Of a DNA stretch of 64,000 bases, positions 39,619-49,463 are shown in pieces. The notes below the pieces were generated by a model that saw only the letters and a list, made by a program, of their open reading frames with translations, was not told the DNA's origin and did no database searches. Positions within the stretch are counted from its first letter, which is position 1. Every line of letters starts with the position of its first letter. The DNA comes from a virus: UHGV virus genome UHGV-0039337; one strand, written 5' to 3'. The translations under genes were made by a program, and so were the position numbers.

Positions 39619-40775
39619 CGTTTTGTTATCAATAGGCTTTTTATCCTATTTTCTGGGGCATTATACCCATTATGAACCTGTTAATTCAGGTTCCAGTCCA
39701 GCATATCTTTTCATGGATTAAATACCACACCATGGAACGGCCTCGTGGACACATTATATTCTACATAGTAGTTTCAGTGTCTATGCGTTGCGGCTGGTTA
39801 AGCTTTTAAACTTATCCTTCACCTCTGATTACGGACATTACCCGCTTTCCAGATTTTTTCCGTTCTAATAATTCTAAGACTTCTGTGGTTTCGTCTTAGA
39901 ACGGCTAATAAATCGTCCTTTTTCATCTCTTGAGATATATGGATGCTCAAGAGCATGACAGTCTTGACATAATGTGATTCCGTTATTAATATCATTAAAT
40001 TCTTTTGAATTTAATATCTTATCTATATTCATATCATATTTATTGCATATATCATATAATTGATTTACATGGTGAGCATGTAAGTTCTTTTTTGTTTTAC
40101 ATTTAGAACATTCATATTTGTCTCTTTTAAGGATCTTTGCTCTCCATTCATCATATTTTTCATGCGTGCGTAAATAATGCGAAATTTCTTTGTAAGTTTC
40201 TTTCTTATTGGTTCTATATTCATCATAGCATTCTTTACTACAAAAGTGCTTTTCGGCTCTATTATATGCATATTTATTTTTTTCAAATTCTTTATTACAA
40301 TTATCACATATTACAATTTGAGTTTCTTTTTTTGCATATTCAATTCTGCATTTTTTATTACAGAAATGCAGATTATGTTTATTTTTAACAGCTAGCACTT
40401 CTTTTCCACAATTATTACATTTAACAAATTCTTTATTTTTACGTTGTTCTGCTATTCTGCATTCAATAGAACAATATTTTGGAATTTGTCCACGCTTACT
40501 TTGTTTATTATAATATGATTCTTTAAGCTTAAAATTTTTACCACAATGTTGACAAATAAGCGAAATTTCTTTACTATATTTTACTTTTCCTTCTTGTTTT
40601 GCTAATTTAGCATGCTCTTTACAGCAATGAAATACTTTATTTTTGCTTTCATTGTATCTTGTAATGGTAATTTTAAACTCTTTATTACAATAATTGCATT
40701 TGACTATCATTATATATCACGTCCTTAATATATTTATTTATTAAGGTATTACCGTGAATGAACGATTTATTTATT
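39619..40775 (-). mobile_element. Group I-type intron (about 1157 nt) in the AAA+ ATPase gene, with an HNH homing endonuclease
   Basis: Separates the Walker B exon (...LLIDEVEKNLGG, ending GGU) from the sensor-1 exon. The GC-rich core at 39619-39873 is homologous to the helicase intron core. The 5' junction is uncertain by +/-1 nt because of a 1-nt conflict between my count and the ORF track. Confidence 0.5.
39874..40710 (-). CDS. Intron-encoded HNH endonuclease with multiple CxxC zinc fingers
   Basis: C-terminal HAHHVNQLYD...NGITLCQDCHALEH (HNH), with six or more CxxC pairs N-terminal. Confidence 0.65.
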   Translation of the reverse strand: MIVKCNYCNKEFKITITRYNESKNKVFHCCKEHAKLAKQEGKVKYSKEISLICQHCGKNFKLKESYYNKQSKRGQIPKYCSIECRIAEQRKNKEFVKCNNCGKEVLAVKNKHNLHFCNKKCRIEYAKKETQIVICDNCNKEFEKNKYAYNRAEKHFCSKECYDEYRTNKKETYKEISHYLRTHEKYDEWRAKILKRDKYECSKCKTKKNLHAHHVNQLYDICNKYDMNIDKILNSKEFNDINNGITLCQDCHALEHPYISRDEKGRFISRSKTKPQKS

Positions 40776-41811
40776 TACCTCCCAAGTTCTTCTCTACCTC
40801 ATCTATTAATAATACACAAGGAGCACAAGATTCAACTAAAGTTTTAACTTGAGCAATCTTTCTTTCTGATTCACCAACAAATTTAGTAAGGACAGAACTC
40901 ATATTTAATTTTAAAAATGGTACGTTTAATTCATTAGCTATAACTTCTGCCATATAACTTTTACTAGATCCTGGAACTCCTAATGCTAAATATCCTTTAG
41001 GCATATCAATACCTATTTCTCTAGCTTTAGGAGACATACATATTTTAGTTTCTTCGAACCATTCTTTAAATCTATGATTACCTCCTACATCATTCATTGT
41101 TGCTTTTGCCTCTTTGTAGTCTAACAAACCACTTGATTTTATCATAGATATTTTCTTTTCTTTTAACATTTCATAACTTAATTCATCATATTTAACATAT
41201 GATTCATCAAGAATTTCTATTATTTCTCTTCTACTATAACCTATAAAGTATTTATATACTTCTTCTGTATCTATTTCTTGATTTCTTACTTCAGCATAAT
41301 CATTTATTAATTCTTTTATATCTTCATCTGTTAATTCGTCATAATTTAATTCTTTAAACAAATGGTCTAATGTTGCATTTGATTGATGAGTAGGACTAAT
41401 AACTATAATAGGAGTATATATAGATTGTTTAAATTCTAATATTTCTCTGAATACTCTGGACCATGCATAATTTCCATATAATAAATCCATATCTTTTAAT
41501 ATGATAGCTGATAGTTCCATACTTTCTTTATCGCTTTGTATCTTATTATATAAAGATAATATAGCGGCACCACTAGTACCATTTTTAACTCCACTACTTT
41601 TATCTAGCATTTCTTTTACTATATTATTTTTACTATCAGTATTTAATTTATATATACCGGAAGATGGTTCAAAATCATATATAACATCTATACCTTCTTC
41701 TTTTAGAGTATTTATAACAGAAGCTACAACTTCTTTTTCTTGTTCAGATTTAATCCATATAGCTTCTTTTTTTATTTCTAATAATAAAGCTAATTCTTTA
41801 TTAAATTTCAC
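40776..41811 (-). CDS. AAA+ ATPase exon 1 (Walker A and Walker B)
   Basis: Walker A is LALGVPGSSKS and Walker B is CVLLIDEVEK. The ORF ends with a stop three codons into the intron. Confidence 0.6.
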
Positions 41812-41829
41812 TTATTTATTTCATCTCCT

Positions 41830-42762
41830 TTAACTTAATAAATACTTATTAATATTTATTTTTACTATATTCATTCTTTTGTTTCGTTTACAACATTTTA
41901 TAAGAGTTTCTTGTTCATTGTTTTTAAGTAATTCTTCTATTAAATAACTAGTACTCATATCTTTATTTGGTAGTTTTAATCCTTTTAACTTAAGTTTTTC
42001 GGCATTATAGTTTTCTTCTTTAGATGGATTCTTTTTAGCTATTTTAGTATTATTTAAATCAAAACTACAGTATTTAATAGATTTTCCATTATTAGAATTT
42101 ATTTTTAAGCTTTTGAATATGATAGCTTCATTTTCATTTATTATTACTTTAGCATCTGTATTATCAAGAGAGTCTTCGGCGTTAAAAAGTATAACTTCAA
42201 ATAGTACCATAATATCATTTTGTATTAATAGTCTATTAGCTACTCCTATCATATTGTTAGTACCTGCTCTAAATATCTCTATTCTATAATTAAATAATTC
42301 ATTAGATAATAGTATATTTTCATTAAAAGCTTTGCTATACAAGTTTTCTTTTATTATATTTATTCCTTTAGTTATAATATTTAAGTTAGATACATTAACG
42401 TTTTTATTTTTATTATTTCTTAATGTAGTTAATATTTCTTCTACTAATTCATACAAATCTAACTCATAGTTATCAGAAAATAATACTTTATCTTTTTTAG
42501 TAACTGTACCAATTATAAATAATTTATTATCATTATCAGAGTCATATTTTAATTTAAACTTCATAACTATATCATTGTTATTATCTGTATTAAATGGAGT
42601 AAAAGTTTTCTCTAGTAATAAACCTTCCATAATATTATCTACTGCTATTGTTTCATTTGCTATTTTACTAAGATCTACGCTATCTATACTATAATCATTT
42701 TCTGTATCAATTATGGGTTCGTCTAAATACATTATTCCATTTTTAATTGTCGCTTTCATCAT
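41830..42762 (-). CDS. Hypothetical protein
   Basis: 310-aa ORF. Confidence 0.45.
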   Translation of the reverse strand: MMKATIKNGIMYLDEPIIDTENDYSIDSVDLSKIANETIAVDNIMEGLLLEKTFTPFNTDNNNDIVMKFKLKYDSDNDNKLFIIGTVTKKDKVLFSDNYELDLYELVEEILTTLRNNKNKNVNVSNLNIITKGINIIKENLYSKAFNENILLSNELFNYRIEIFRAGTNNMIGVANRLLIQNDIMVLFEVILFNAEDSLDNTDAKVIINENEAIIFKSLKINSNNGKSIKYCSFDLNNTKIAKKNPSKEENYNAEKLKLKGLKLPNKDMSTSYLIEELLKNNEQETLIKCCKRNKRMNIVKININKYLLS

Positions 42763-43435
42763 TTTCTCCTTTCTTCAAATAGATTAAATTATTTTTATTA
42801 TCTAGTTTTAATCCTTCTATGTCTTTCATATATTTATAATTCATATTAGGTATATCCCATATCTTTTGATTTCCACTACCTATTGAACCATAAAATCCAT
42901 CTGATACGTCAGATTTATATAATTTTTGCGTAGCGTCAAATTCTCCATCTACTAATATATCTATATATTTTAATAGTTCGTCTACTTTACTTACTGATAC
43001 AGGATATTTATTATTGTTATCATTCAAATCTTTATTCATATATCCTTTACGTATTTTAAGTAAGTCATGCCAAGTATAGACAAATATATGATAATTATAT
43101 TTTGTTTTTAATTCTTTACACAATACTATTAAGTTATCAATTTGATCTAGAGGTTCACCTCCTCCTATAGTTATATATTTATTAGGAGTATTTTCATTTA
43201 GAAATGCTGCTAATTCTATAGGATCCCTAGTAAATTCTATTCTAGATGTATCCCATGTAATAGAGTTAAAGCATCCTGGACATTCGTCTCCATTCATTGC
43301 TTTTTTGCATCCTAATAAAAATATTTCTGTTCTTTTATTATTATCAGGAGATGGTCCTGCTGTAGTAGCTTCAAGTTTAATATCGAATATACTTAACCCT
43401 ACTTTTGGCGGTAATTTTCTCAACAATATTTTCAT
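42743..43435 (-). CDS. Glycyl-radical enzyme activase-like radical SAM protein (NrdG-like)
   Basis: ECPGCFNSITWD resembles the NrdG ECPGCYNKSTW, and TIGGGEPL resembles the SAM-binding GGEPL. The first Cys of the CX3CX2C triad is displaced. Confidence 0.4.
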   Translation of the reverse strand: MKILLRKLPPKVGLSIFDIKLEATTAGPSPDNNKRTEIFLLGCKKAMNGDECPGCFNSITWDTSRIEFTRDPIELAAFLNENTPNKYITIGGGEPLDQIDNLIVLCKELKTKYNYHIFVYTWHDLLKIRKGYMNKDLNDNNNKYPVSVSKVDELLKYIDILVDGEFDATQKLYKSDVSDGFYGSIGSGNQKIWDIPNMNYKYMKDIEGLKLDNKNNLIYLKKGENDESDN

Positions 43436-43451
43436 CTACCTTTCATTTTAT

Positions 43452-43488
43452 TTAAAAAAATATATGGCGATCTTTAAATCGCCATATA
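43452..43488 (-). terminator. Rho-independent terminator downstream of 43493-43789
   Basis: On the minus strand, a 10-bp AUAUGGCGAU..AUCGCCAUAU hairpin followed by AUUUUUUUAAAUAAA. Confidence 0.55.
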
Positions 43489-43492
43489 TCAA

Positions 43493-43789
43493 TCAATTAT
43501 TTTCTTTTATCCATTCTTCAATACAATCATATATATAATTATTATATTCGCTGAAATCATATTCCATTAAATCTTCTTTAACACTGATATATATATCTTC
43601 AATGTCTTTTTCAGATAATTTTTCATAGTTTTCTTCGTATCTAAAACAAGAATCTAATATATTATCTACATCATCTCTTAATCCTAAATCGTATACGATA
43701 TCAGTTATATTTTTATAATCAATATTATTATTTTTTAATATTCTTTTTACTTTTTCTATATCGTATTTGTCATTTATCTTTATGATCAT
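43493..43789 (-). CDS. Hypothetical acidic protein
   Basis: 98-aa ORF. Confidence 0.4.
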   Translation of the reverse strand: MIIKINDKYDIEKVKRILKNNNIDYKNITDIVYDLGLRDDVDNILDSCFRYEENYEKLSEKDIEDIYISVKEDLMEYDFSEYNNYIYDCIEEWIKENN

Positions 43790-44037
43790 CCACGTGGCAC
43801 CACCTTTGGAGACATATTAGAATCAATTAACTTATTACATTTGGCACATCTAATGGCATATCTTCTTTCTGCTTCTACATAAGTAGTATCTAGAGATGTT
43901 ACGTTTTTATCTAACATGTATTCTACTCTTTCATAAAAATAAAGACTTCCACATTCAGGACATGATAATTCATTATCATCATCAAACATTAATCCCATAT
44001 TATTTATCACCTCCTGGATGTTGTAAATCTTTATCAT
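43786..44037 (-). CDS. Zinc-ribbon small protein
   Basis: CPECGS...CAKCNK. Confidence 0.4.
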   Translation of the reverse strand: MIKIYNIQEVINNMGLMFDDDNELSCPECGSLYFYERVEYMLDKNVTSLDTTYVEAERRYAIRCAKCNKLIDSNMSPKVVPRG

Positions 44038-44737
44038 TTTGCAATAATTCTATTAATTTATCCATATATTTAGGATCCATATATTCTATATCCTGTACTT
44101 CACCATCAGATGCTTCTGATATCCAATAAGCTAAATCATCTATGGAATATCCGTTTAATTCACATATTTGATTTATATAGTTAAATTGATCTGCATATTG
44201 TTCTTTTAACTCATCAGTCCATGCTTTAAATAACGAATCATTTATTTCATCAAAATAATCTTCTTCTGCACCACTTCTATATAATTCAAGTGCTATACCT
44301 AATAAAGTAGCTGCTTTTTTTAGTGCATCTGATTGTGCACCTTTGTATCCGTTAATAGACTGAACTGATTGATTACCATTTATTGCTTGAGAACCAAACG
44401 CTGATTTAGTAATAGTAAAATACTTGTTATTTTCGTCTTTAAGATTAACAGTTAGTTCTACTATACACCATGCAGTAGGTGGTTGTGGCACTGGTTCTTT
44501 ACCGTCTTTTTTAACGAATGGAGCAGGAATACCAGGTTCCATCCAATGGTCTACTATTCTCATAGACCAGTTATGTCCAAATATATTATTTAATATGTCT
44601 ATACAAGTATTAGCTGATATATATGATAAATCTGGCTTATTACCATACTGCGGTTTCTTTTTAATTAGTTTAGGGTCAAGATTTTTACTTAATTCTTTTC
44701 TAATATTTTTGTCTAACTTAATAGGTATAAGTGCCAT
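44000..44737 (-). CDS. Rad52/Rad22-family single-strand annealing protein (Sak-like recombinase)
   Basis: CIDILNNIFGHNWSMRI and GYKGAQSDALKKAATLLGIALELY match the Rad52 family. Confidence 0.55.
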   Translation of the reverse strand: MALIPIKLDKNIRKELSKNLDPKLIKKKPQYGNKPDLSYISANTCIDILNNIFGHNWSMRIVDHWMEPGIPAPFVKKDGKEPVPQPPTAWCIVELTVNLKDENNKYFTITKSAFGSQAINGNQSVQSINGYKGAQSDALKKAATLLGIALELYRSGAEEDYFDEINDSLFKAWTDELKEQYADQFNYINQICELNGYSIDDLAYWISEASDGEVQDIEYMDPKYMDKLIELLQNDKDLQHPGGDK

Positions 44738-44750
44738 ATTTTACCTCCTT

Positions 44751-45626
44751 TTAATATGCTTTAGCTAATTCTAATTTAAATACAGAACCAAATGTAATTA
44801 ACATTTGTCTATTTATTTCTATTTCTTTAACAGCTGCTTCATAAAATTCTTGTCTTTCTCTATAGAATTTTAATAGTACAGTTAAATCTATTATAGATTC
44901 ATCATGTTCGTAATTTTTCATAGCATACATACCATTCATTTTTCTTTCTTCTGAATTAGTACCAGTACTACTAGCTATTCTAACTTCTTCCATAATATCT
45001 TTGAGATTAGCTAATGCTACTTTAGATTCTGTAGCTAATATTATTAATTCTCTCAATGTTGAAGACATGTCGGCTATTAATGATTTAACACTAGTAGGAT
45101 CAAGTTCTTCTGTGATAACTATTTTATTTAACATGCCATTTACTCTTTTTTTTTCTTCTGCCCATCCTTCAGCACATGGCATAATAGTATCAAGCATTAA
45201 TTCTTCAGCTTTTTCTAAATCAACAGCTTCTTTATTTTCTTTAGATTCTACTGATTCTTCTTTCTTTTTCCTTCTATTAGATTTCTTTTTAATAGGTTTT
45301 TCTTCTGACGTATCTTTTGATTTAGGTGCAGTATCTATTAATTTTTCTGTCTTATTTTCTTCTGATTCTTTATCTAATTTTTCAGTTACTTGTTTCTCTA
45401 TCTTTTCTTCTTCTATTTTTCCTTCTATTTTTTCTGTTACTTCATCAGTTATGATAGGCTCAGACTCTTCAGGAGTTTCTTCAATTTTTTCCTCTACTTC
45501 AGTTTTTTTTATTTCTTCAATTTTTTCTTCTTCGAATTTTGACTTTTCATCTAATTTGACTTCACTCATAGATTTTGCTGGTTTTAAAGGTCTTGGTGTT
45601 TTTACTTTTTTCATAAAATTAGCCAT
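44751..45626 (-). CDS. Hypothetical Lys/Glu-rich low-complexity protein
   Basis: 291-aa ORF with EEKIEE repeats, sitting next to the annealing protein. Confidence 0.45.
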   Translation of the reverse strand: MANFMKKVKTPRPLKPAKSMSEVKLDEKSKFEEEKIEEIKKTEVEEKIEETPEESEPIITDEVTEKIEGKIEEEKIEKQVTEKLDKESEENKTEKLIDTAPKSKDTSEEKPIKKKSNRRKKKEESVESKENKEAVDLEKAEELMLDTIMPCAEGWAEEKKRVNGMLNKIVITEELDPTSVKSLIADMSSTLRELIILATESKVALANLKDIMEEVRIASSTGTNSEERKMNGMYAMKNYEHDESIIDLTVLLKFYRERQEFYEAAVKEIEINRQMLITFGSVFKLELAKAY

Positions 45627-46180
45627 TATTTATCTCCTTTCGTTATTTTACATATAGTTTGCTTTATTGCAAATTCAATATCATAGTAATTATAGATATT
45701 TTCATGTTTTTCAGTTTCTTTGAAATATTTAAATTTTTGTTTGTCATCATTAATACGTCTTTCTATTTCCTTTGGATTATCTCCTCTATTTTTGAGTCTT
45801 AAATACAAATCGCCAATTTGAGAATTTACTAAAATCGGATGTAATCTATCAATTCCAAAATACTCTTTAAATGCTTTAAAACCATCAGTTTCTATAACTA
45901 TTAAATAGTCCTTATTTTTGTCTTTAAAATCGGATTTTTTATATCCGTATTTCCATACAGATCCGTCATATACGGTATATTCACGCATTTCGATAAAATC
46001 ATCAAAATTATCATCAAAGTGTTTATTGTCTACGTAATGATAATCTACATCTTTTATTTCTCCTGCTCTTATTGGTCTAGAAGTATAAGATACAATTAAA
46101 GGTATTTTAAGTCTTTTAGATACTTCACGGGCAATAGTTGTTTTTCCAGTACCTGACATGCCCATTATGCAATAAATCAT
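45626..46180 (-). CDS. Guanylate kinase-like or deoxynucleotide monophosphate kinase-like P-loop kinase
   Basis: GMSGTGKTT P-loop, followed by SYTSRPIRAGEIKDVDYHYV (guanylate-kinase-like TTRxxRxGExDGxDYxFV). Confidence 0.5.
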   Translation of the reverse strand: MIYCIMGMSGTGKTTIAREVSKRLKIPLIVSYTSRPIRAGEIKDVDYHYVDNKHFDDNFDDFIEMREYTVYDGSVWKYGYKKSDFKDKNKDYLIVIETDGFKAFKEYFGIDRLHPILVNSQIGDLYLRLKNRGDNPKEIERRINDDKQKFKYFKETEKHENIYNYYDIEFAIKQTICKITKGDK

Positions 46181-46192
46181 TATTTAACCTCC

Positions 46193-46420
46193 TTAAATAT
46201 CTTTTATTAGAAATTCTCTTTCATAATGTATAGTAAATTTATATCCTAATTTCTTAAGATAATGAATATACACTTTCTTTCTTCTAGGGTCTGACCATGC
46301 TACTACTATACGCTGTTTTTGATATGGATTTTCTTCTTTAATAAACTTTTCAAATGCTATAAGTCCATTTTTTGCCCAAATTAATCCTTCTAAGCCACAT
46401 GTTTCAGTTGTTATATCCAT
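46193..46420 (-). CDS. Hypothetical small protein
   Basis: 75-aa ORF. Confidence 0.4.
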   Translation of the reverse strand: MDITTETCGLEGLIWAKNGLIAFEKFIKEENPYQKQRIVVAWSDPRRKKVYIHYLKKLGYKFTIHYEREFLIKDI

Positions 46421-46434
46421 ACTTTTTTGTCCTT

Positions 46435-46623
46435 TTAGCCATTCCCAAATACGTTTTTTTTATTATTTATAACAAAAGATACATTCCATTCCCATGTTTT
46501 ACTAATCGTTTCTTTTCCAAGAAATAGGACTCCAGTTTGTCCATTTGAAAACTTTGTTTTTGTATAATATCCATAAAATATTTCGTTTTCTTCTAATCTT
46601 TCGAATTTATAGATAATTATCAC
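46435..46623 (-). CDS. Hypothetical small protein
   Basis: 62-aa ORF. Confidence 0.35.
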   Translation of the reverse strand: MIIIYKFERLEENEIFYGYYTKTKFSNGQTGVLFLGKETISKTWEWNVSFVINNKKNVFGNG

Positions 46624-47243
46624 TTCCTATTACTTATATATTCTTGAGCTTTATTAAAAGTATCTATTATGTCATCTATCTTGTCATCTATAGATTCATT
46701 AAGCTTGCTAAAATTAAAAATATCACGTACAGAATACGTGATCAATGTGTAAATACCTTTATAACATGTGTTTTTGTCTATATTTTCTAATATGTTTACA
46801 TTATCTGGTACATATTGATTAAGAGCAGTTGCGCCCATACTAATTATTATATCTGGCTTTACAAAATCTATTGTAAAGTCTGTATATTGTTTACAGTTCT
46901 TAAGTTCAGTATAGCTTGGTAATCTATATTCTCCATCACTACGTTTACATATACATTTAACAGCTGATGTTACAAATATATCAGACTGGTTTATTTTAGA
47001 ATAGTCAAGTAATTCTTGAAACATTTTTTTATATTCTTGAATATCTGTAGCATAATCGGTTATAATAAGAATACAAGCATTTGGATTACCATAACTTATG
47101 TCTCTCTTATTAGTGTTATTACATAATGTACATGTATTTACTTTTGTATTTAGTGTTTGCATATTATAGGGAGCCAATAATAATCTGGCAGTTTCTAAAG
47201 GGTTATTGCTCCCTATAATAGCTTTAAATGTTCTATTTTTCAT
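46620..47243 (-). CDS. Uracil-DNA glycosylase superfamily-like protein (family 4 architecture, catalytic motifs divergent)
   Basis: CTLCNN...ACILIITDYATD sits where C..C...GEAPG is expected, and DIFVTSAVKCICKRSDGEYRLPSYTELKNC matches vyitNvvKCRPP.NR.P...E...C. The HPS motif is not conserved. Confidence 0.3.
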   Translation of the reverse strand: MKNRTFKAIIGSNNPLETARLLLAPYNMQTLNTKVNTCTLCNNTNKRDISYGNPNACILIITDYATDIQEYKKMFQELLDYSKINQSDIFVTSAVKCICKRSDGEYRLPSYTELKNCKQYTDFTIDFVKPDIIISMGATALNQYVPDNVNILENIDKNTCYKGIYTLITYSVRDIFNFSKLNESIDDKIDDIIDTFNKAQEYISNRK

Positions 47244-47263
47244 ATCGCCAGTCCCTTTCTTAT

Positions 47264-47452
47264 TTAATTAAATATTTTTAATTTTTTACCACACATAGGA
47301 CAATATTTTATTTTACAATTTACACTTATATCGTTACCTTTTTTGTCTATACCATAAACTACTAAATATCTTGGTCCTAAATGTAATTCTAATCCTAATA
47401 CGTCTCTATTTTGTTTACAAATAGGTTCACCTTTTTCACAATATTTACACAT
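47264..47452 (-). CDS. Zinc-ribbon small protein
   Basis: CKYCEKGEPIC ... CPMCGKK. Confidence 0.4.
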   Translation of the reverse strand: MCKYCEKGEPICKQNRDVLGLELHLGPRYLVVYGIDKKGNDISVNCKIKYCPMCGKKLKIFN

Positions 47453-47782
47453 TTATAGCACCAACTTTCCTTTGTAATGTATCATATTGTTTTCTTTTTT
47501 AGAGATATCTGTTACAGGCTCTATAATATGTCTTATTGAGCCTTTTGCTGTTGAATAAGTTATATATATAGTTTGAATATTAAAAGCATCAAATACTTCT
47601 TCTTTTGTTATTATCATGCCTTCTTCTTTTATTGCATCATAAGTTATGAATATTGCTGATATCGCTAATTCATTAGTAATTAATACTATTTTGCCTCCAT
47701 AGATTCCTCCTGCAAGTAAAAATTGAGGAGAACTATCTTCAGATGCTGCTATTTCTTCATCTAATAAGTTTACTTTTTCCAT
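47453..47782 (-). CDS. Hypothetical protein
   Basis: 109-aa ORF. Its stop overlaps the thyX start. Confidence 0.4.
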   Translation of the reverse strand: MEKVNLLDEEIAASEDSSPQFLLAGGIYGGKIVLITNELAISAIFITYDAIKEEGMIITKEEVFDAFNIQTIYITYSTAKGSIRHIIEPVTDISKKENNMIHYKGKLVL

Positions 47783-48615
47783 TATTCGAAATCACTCGCC
47801 TTCTTAGGCTTTCCACAGCTCATATTACCTTCACCGCATTTACCATGAACACAATCTGGACCTGCATTTTTAAATAAAGCAGGAGCTATTTTCTTACATT
47901 CTTTTAGCATTTCGGTAGCCATTTCACGTATTTCCCATTGTGCTCTATTACAGCATCTTACATTAAAGAAATGCAAAAGCGATCTAGCATTCATGGTAAC
48001 TGCTATTTTAGTTTCACATGCATTAGGAAATACATATCTGGCATCTTCTATAGCTTGTTTTTCTGCTTTACTATAATCTTTAGGGAATTTTTCAGCATAT
48101 AAATTAAATACTTTTGACATGTTTGGTGCTTCATTAGGATTTTCCTTTAATATTTCTTTTATGCAACTACCAAAATCTGAAGCATGTTTATCGGTTAATA
48201 TGTCTTGCATTAATAAATCTACTAATTCGTTATATGCTTCTTGATCTCTTTTCATAGTTTCTATAAATATTTTTTTAGCTTCTGGATTATTTTTAATAGC
48301 AGGTGGTATTATATATTCAAATTGTTCTAATTTAACATATCTTTGTGATTGTTGAGAATAAGAAGCTATTCTATGTCTAACTAATTGATGCGTTAAACTT
48401 CTAGATACACCTTCTATTGCAAAAGTAAAGCTAGCATGTTCCAATGGTGATTCGTGACCTATATCTGCTAAATGGTTTACAAATTTATTTATAGACTCCG
48501 GAGTTAATTTTTCTGTTAATTCATCTACTCCTACAGCTGAATAGCATAATTTAGCAGCTTGTGCCGCCACTTTGTCTGGTTCTGGTGTGTAAGTTAGTAT
48601 TTTTACTTTTAACAC
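47782..48615 (-). CDS. thyX: Flavin-dependent thymidylate synthase ThyX
   Basis: The ThyX signature RHRxxSxxxxSxR is present as [16 protein letters not shown]. Confidence 0.8.
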   Translation of the reverse strand: MLKVKILTYTPEPDKVAAQAAKLCYSAVGVDELTEKLTPESINKFVNHLADIGHESPLEHASFTFAIEGVSRSLTHQLVRHRIASYSQQSQRYVKLEQFEYIIPPAIKNNPEAKKIFIETMKRDQEAYNELVDLLMQDILTDKHASDFGSCIKEILKENPNEAPNMSKVFNLYAEKFPKDYSKAEKQAIEDARYVFPNACETKIAVTMNARSLLHFFNVRCCNRAQWEIREMATEMLKECKKIAPALFKNAGPDCVHGKCGEGNMSCGKPKKASDFE

Positions 48616-48801
48616 TTAATCGCTCTCCTTGTTATTATTGTTAGATCTTATTATATATGGCTCATTTTTATTCACTGCATAATTTTCAGCATTTAAAGTC
48701 CATTCTATTTTTTCCCCTGTTTCAGGATTTGTAATAGAACATATAACTTTATTGTTTCTTTCTTTTTTAGACATTTTTTGTGAATCTTTTGATAATGTCA
48801 T
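48616..48801 (-). CDS. Hypothetical small protein
   Basis: 61-aa ORF. Its ATG overlaps the stop of the upstream zinc-ribbon ORF (TAATGA). Confidence 0.4.
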   Translation of the reverse strand: MTLSKDSQKMSKKERNNKVICSITNPETGEKIEWTLNAENYAVNKNEPYIIRSNNNNKESD

Positions 48802-48959
48802 TAGCTATTTTCAACTCCTATAACAATTGTGAATGTTTTGTTACAATTTCTACATAGATAAATATACTTTATATGTTTATTATCTGTATATTTTTCTATT
48901 AGCGTTAATTCTAAACCTTTACAATTTGGACATTTAATATCATCATACATATTATTCAT
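48801..48959 (-). CDS. Zinc-ribbon small protein (52 aa), not in the ORF track
   Basis: A strong AGAGGAGG RBS lies 6 nt before the ATG at 48959. The ORF is MNNMYDDIKCPNCKGLELT...YLCRNCNKTFTIVIGVENS, and its stop overlaps the next ATG. Confidence 0.4.
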   Translation of the reverse strand: MNNMYDDIKCPNCKGLELTLIEKYTDNKHIKYIYLCRNCNKTFTIVIGVENS

Positions 48960-49040
48960 CCTCCTCTTTTTTTGTTGCGCTCACAATGTTTACATTTACA
49001 TTTATGATTAAAATTAAAGTCAAATATAAAAACTTTTTAG

Positions 49041-49463
49041 TTAATTCTTGTTTTTCTTTTCTTCAATATCATTATTCATTTTATTTGTATCTTCTTCAAG
49101 AGCTTCTTTTAAAGCATCTTCAAATTTGTCTATCATTTCTGCTATATATTTTTCATCAAATTCCATAAGAGAAATTCCTTCTCTGTTTAATTCTGTTTTT
49201 AATCCTTCATATAATTCAAGTACATATTCTTTATTATATTCACCTTTTATTTCCATGCTTTGAGTGGCAAATATTTCAGCTGTACTTGTTATTAAAGCAG
49301 CTTTGTTATTTAAATAATCATCTAAATCTTCTTGTAATACTTTTGTTCCTAAAGCAATATTAGCTTCATAAGATATACAGAACTTATAAGCTTCTATCCA
49401 ACTTTCAATTACTTCTTCATAACTCATTTTCTTTTTGCTCATTATCCATTTCTCCCTTTTCAT
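49041..49463 (-). CDS. Hypothetical protein
   Basis: 140-aa acidic ORF. Confidence 0.45.
   Translation of the reverse strand: MKREKWIMSKKKMSYEEVIESWIEAYKFCISYEANIALGTKVLQEDLDDYLNNKAALITSTAEIFATQSMEIKGEYNKEYVLELYEGLKTELNREGISLMEFDEKYIAEMIDKFEDALKEALEEDTNKMNNDIEEKKNKN

Noticed and set aside
45001-45657. 218-aa serine-rich plus-strand ORF
   Set aside because: It is antisense to the Lys/Glu-rich gene 44751-45626. GAA/AAG repeats on one strand give TTC/CTT Ser/Phe/Leu runs on the other, which is an artefact.
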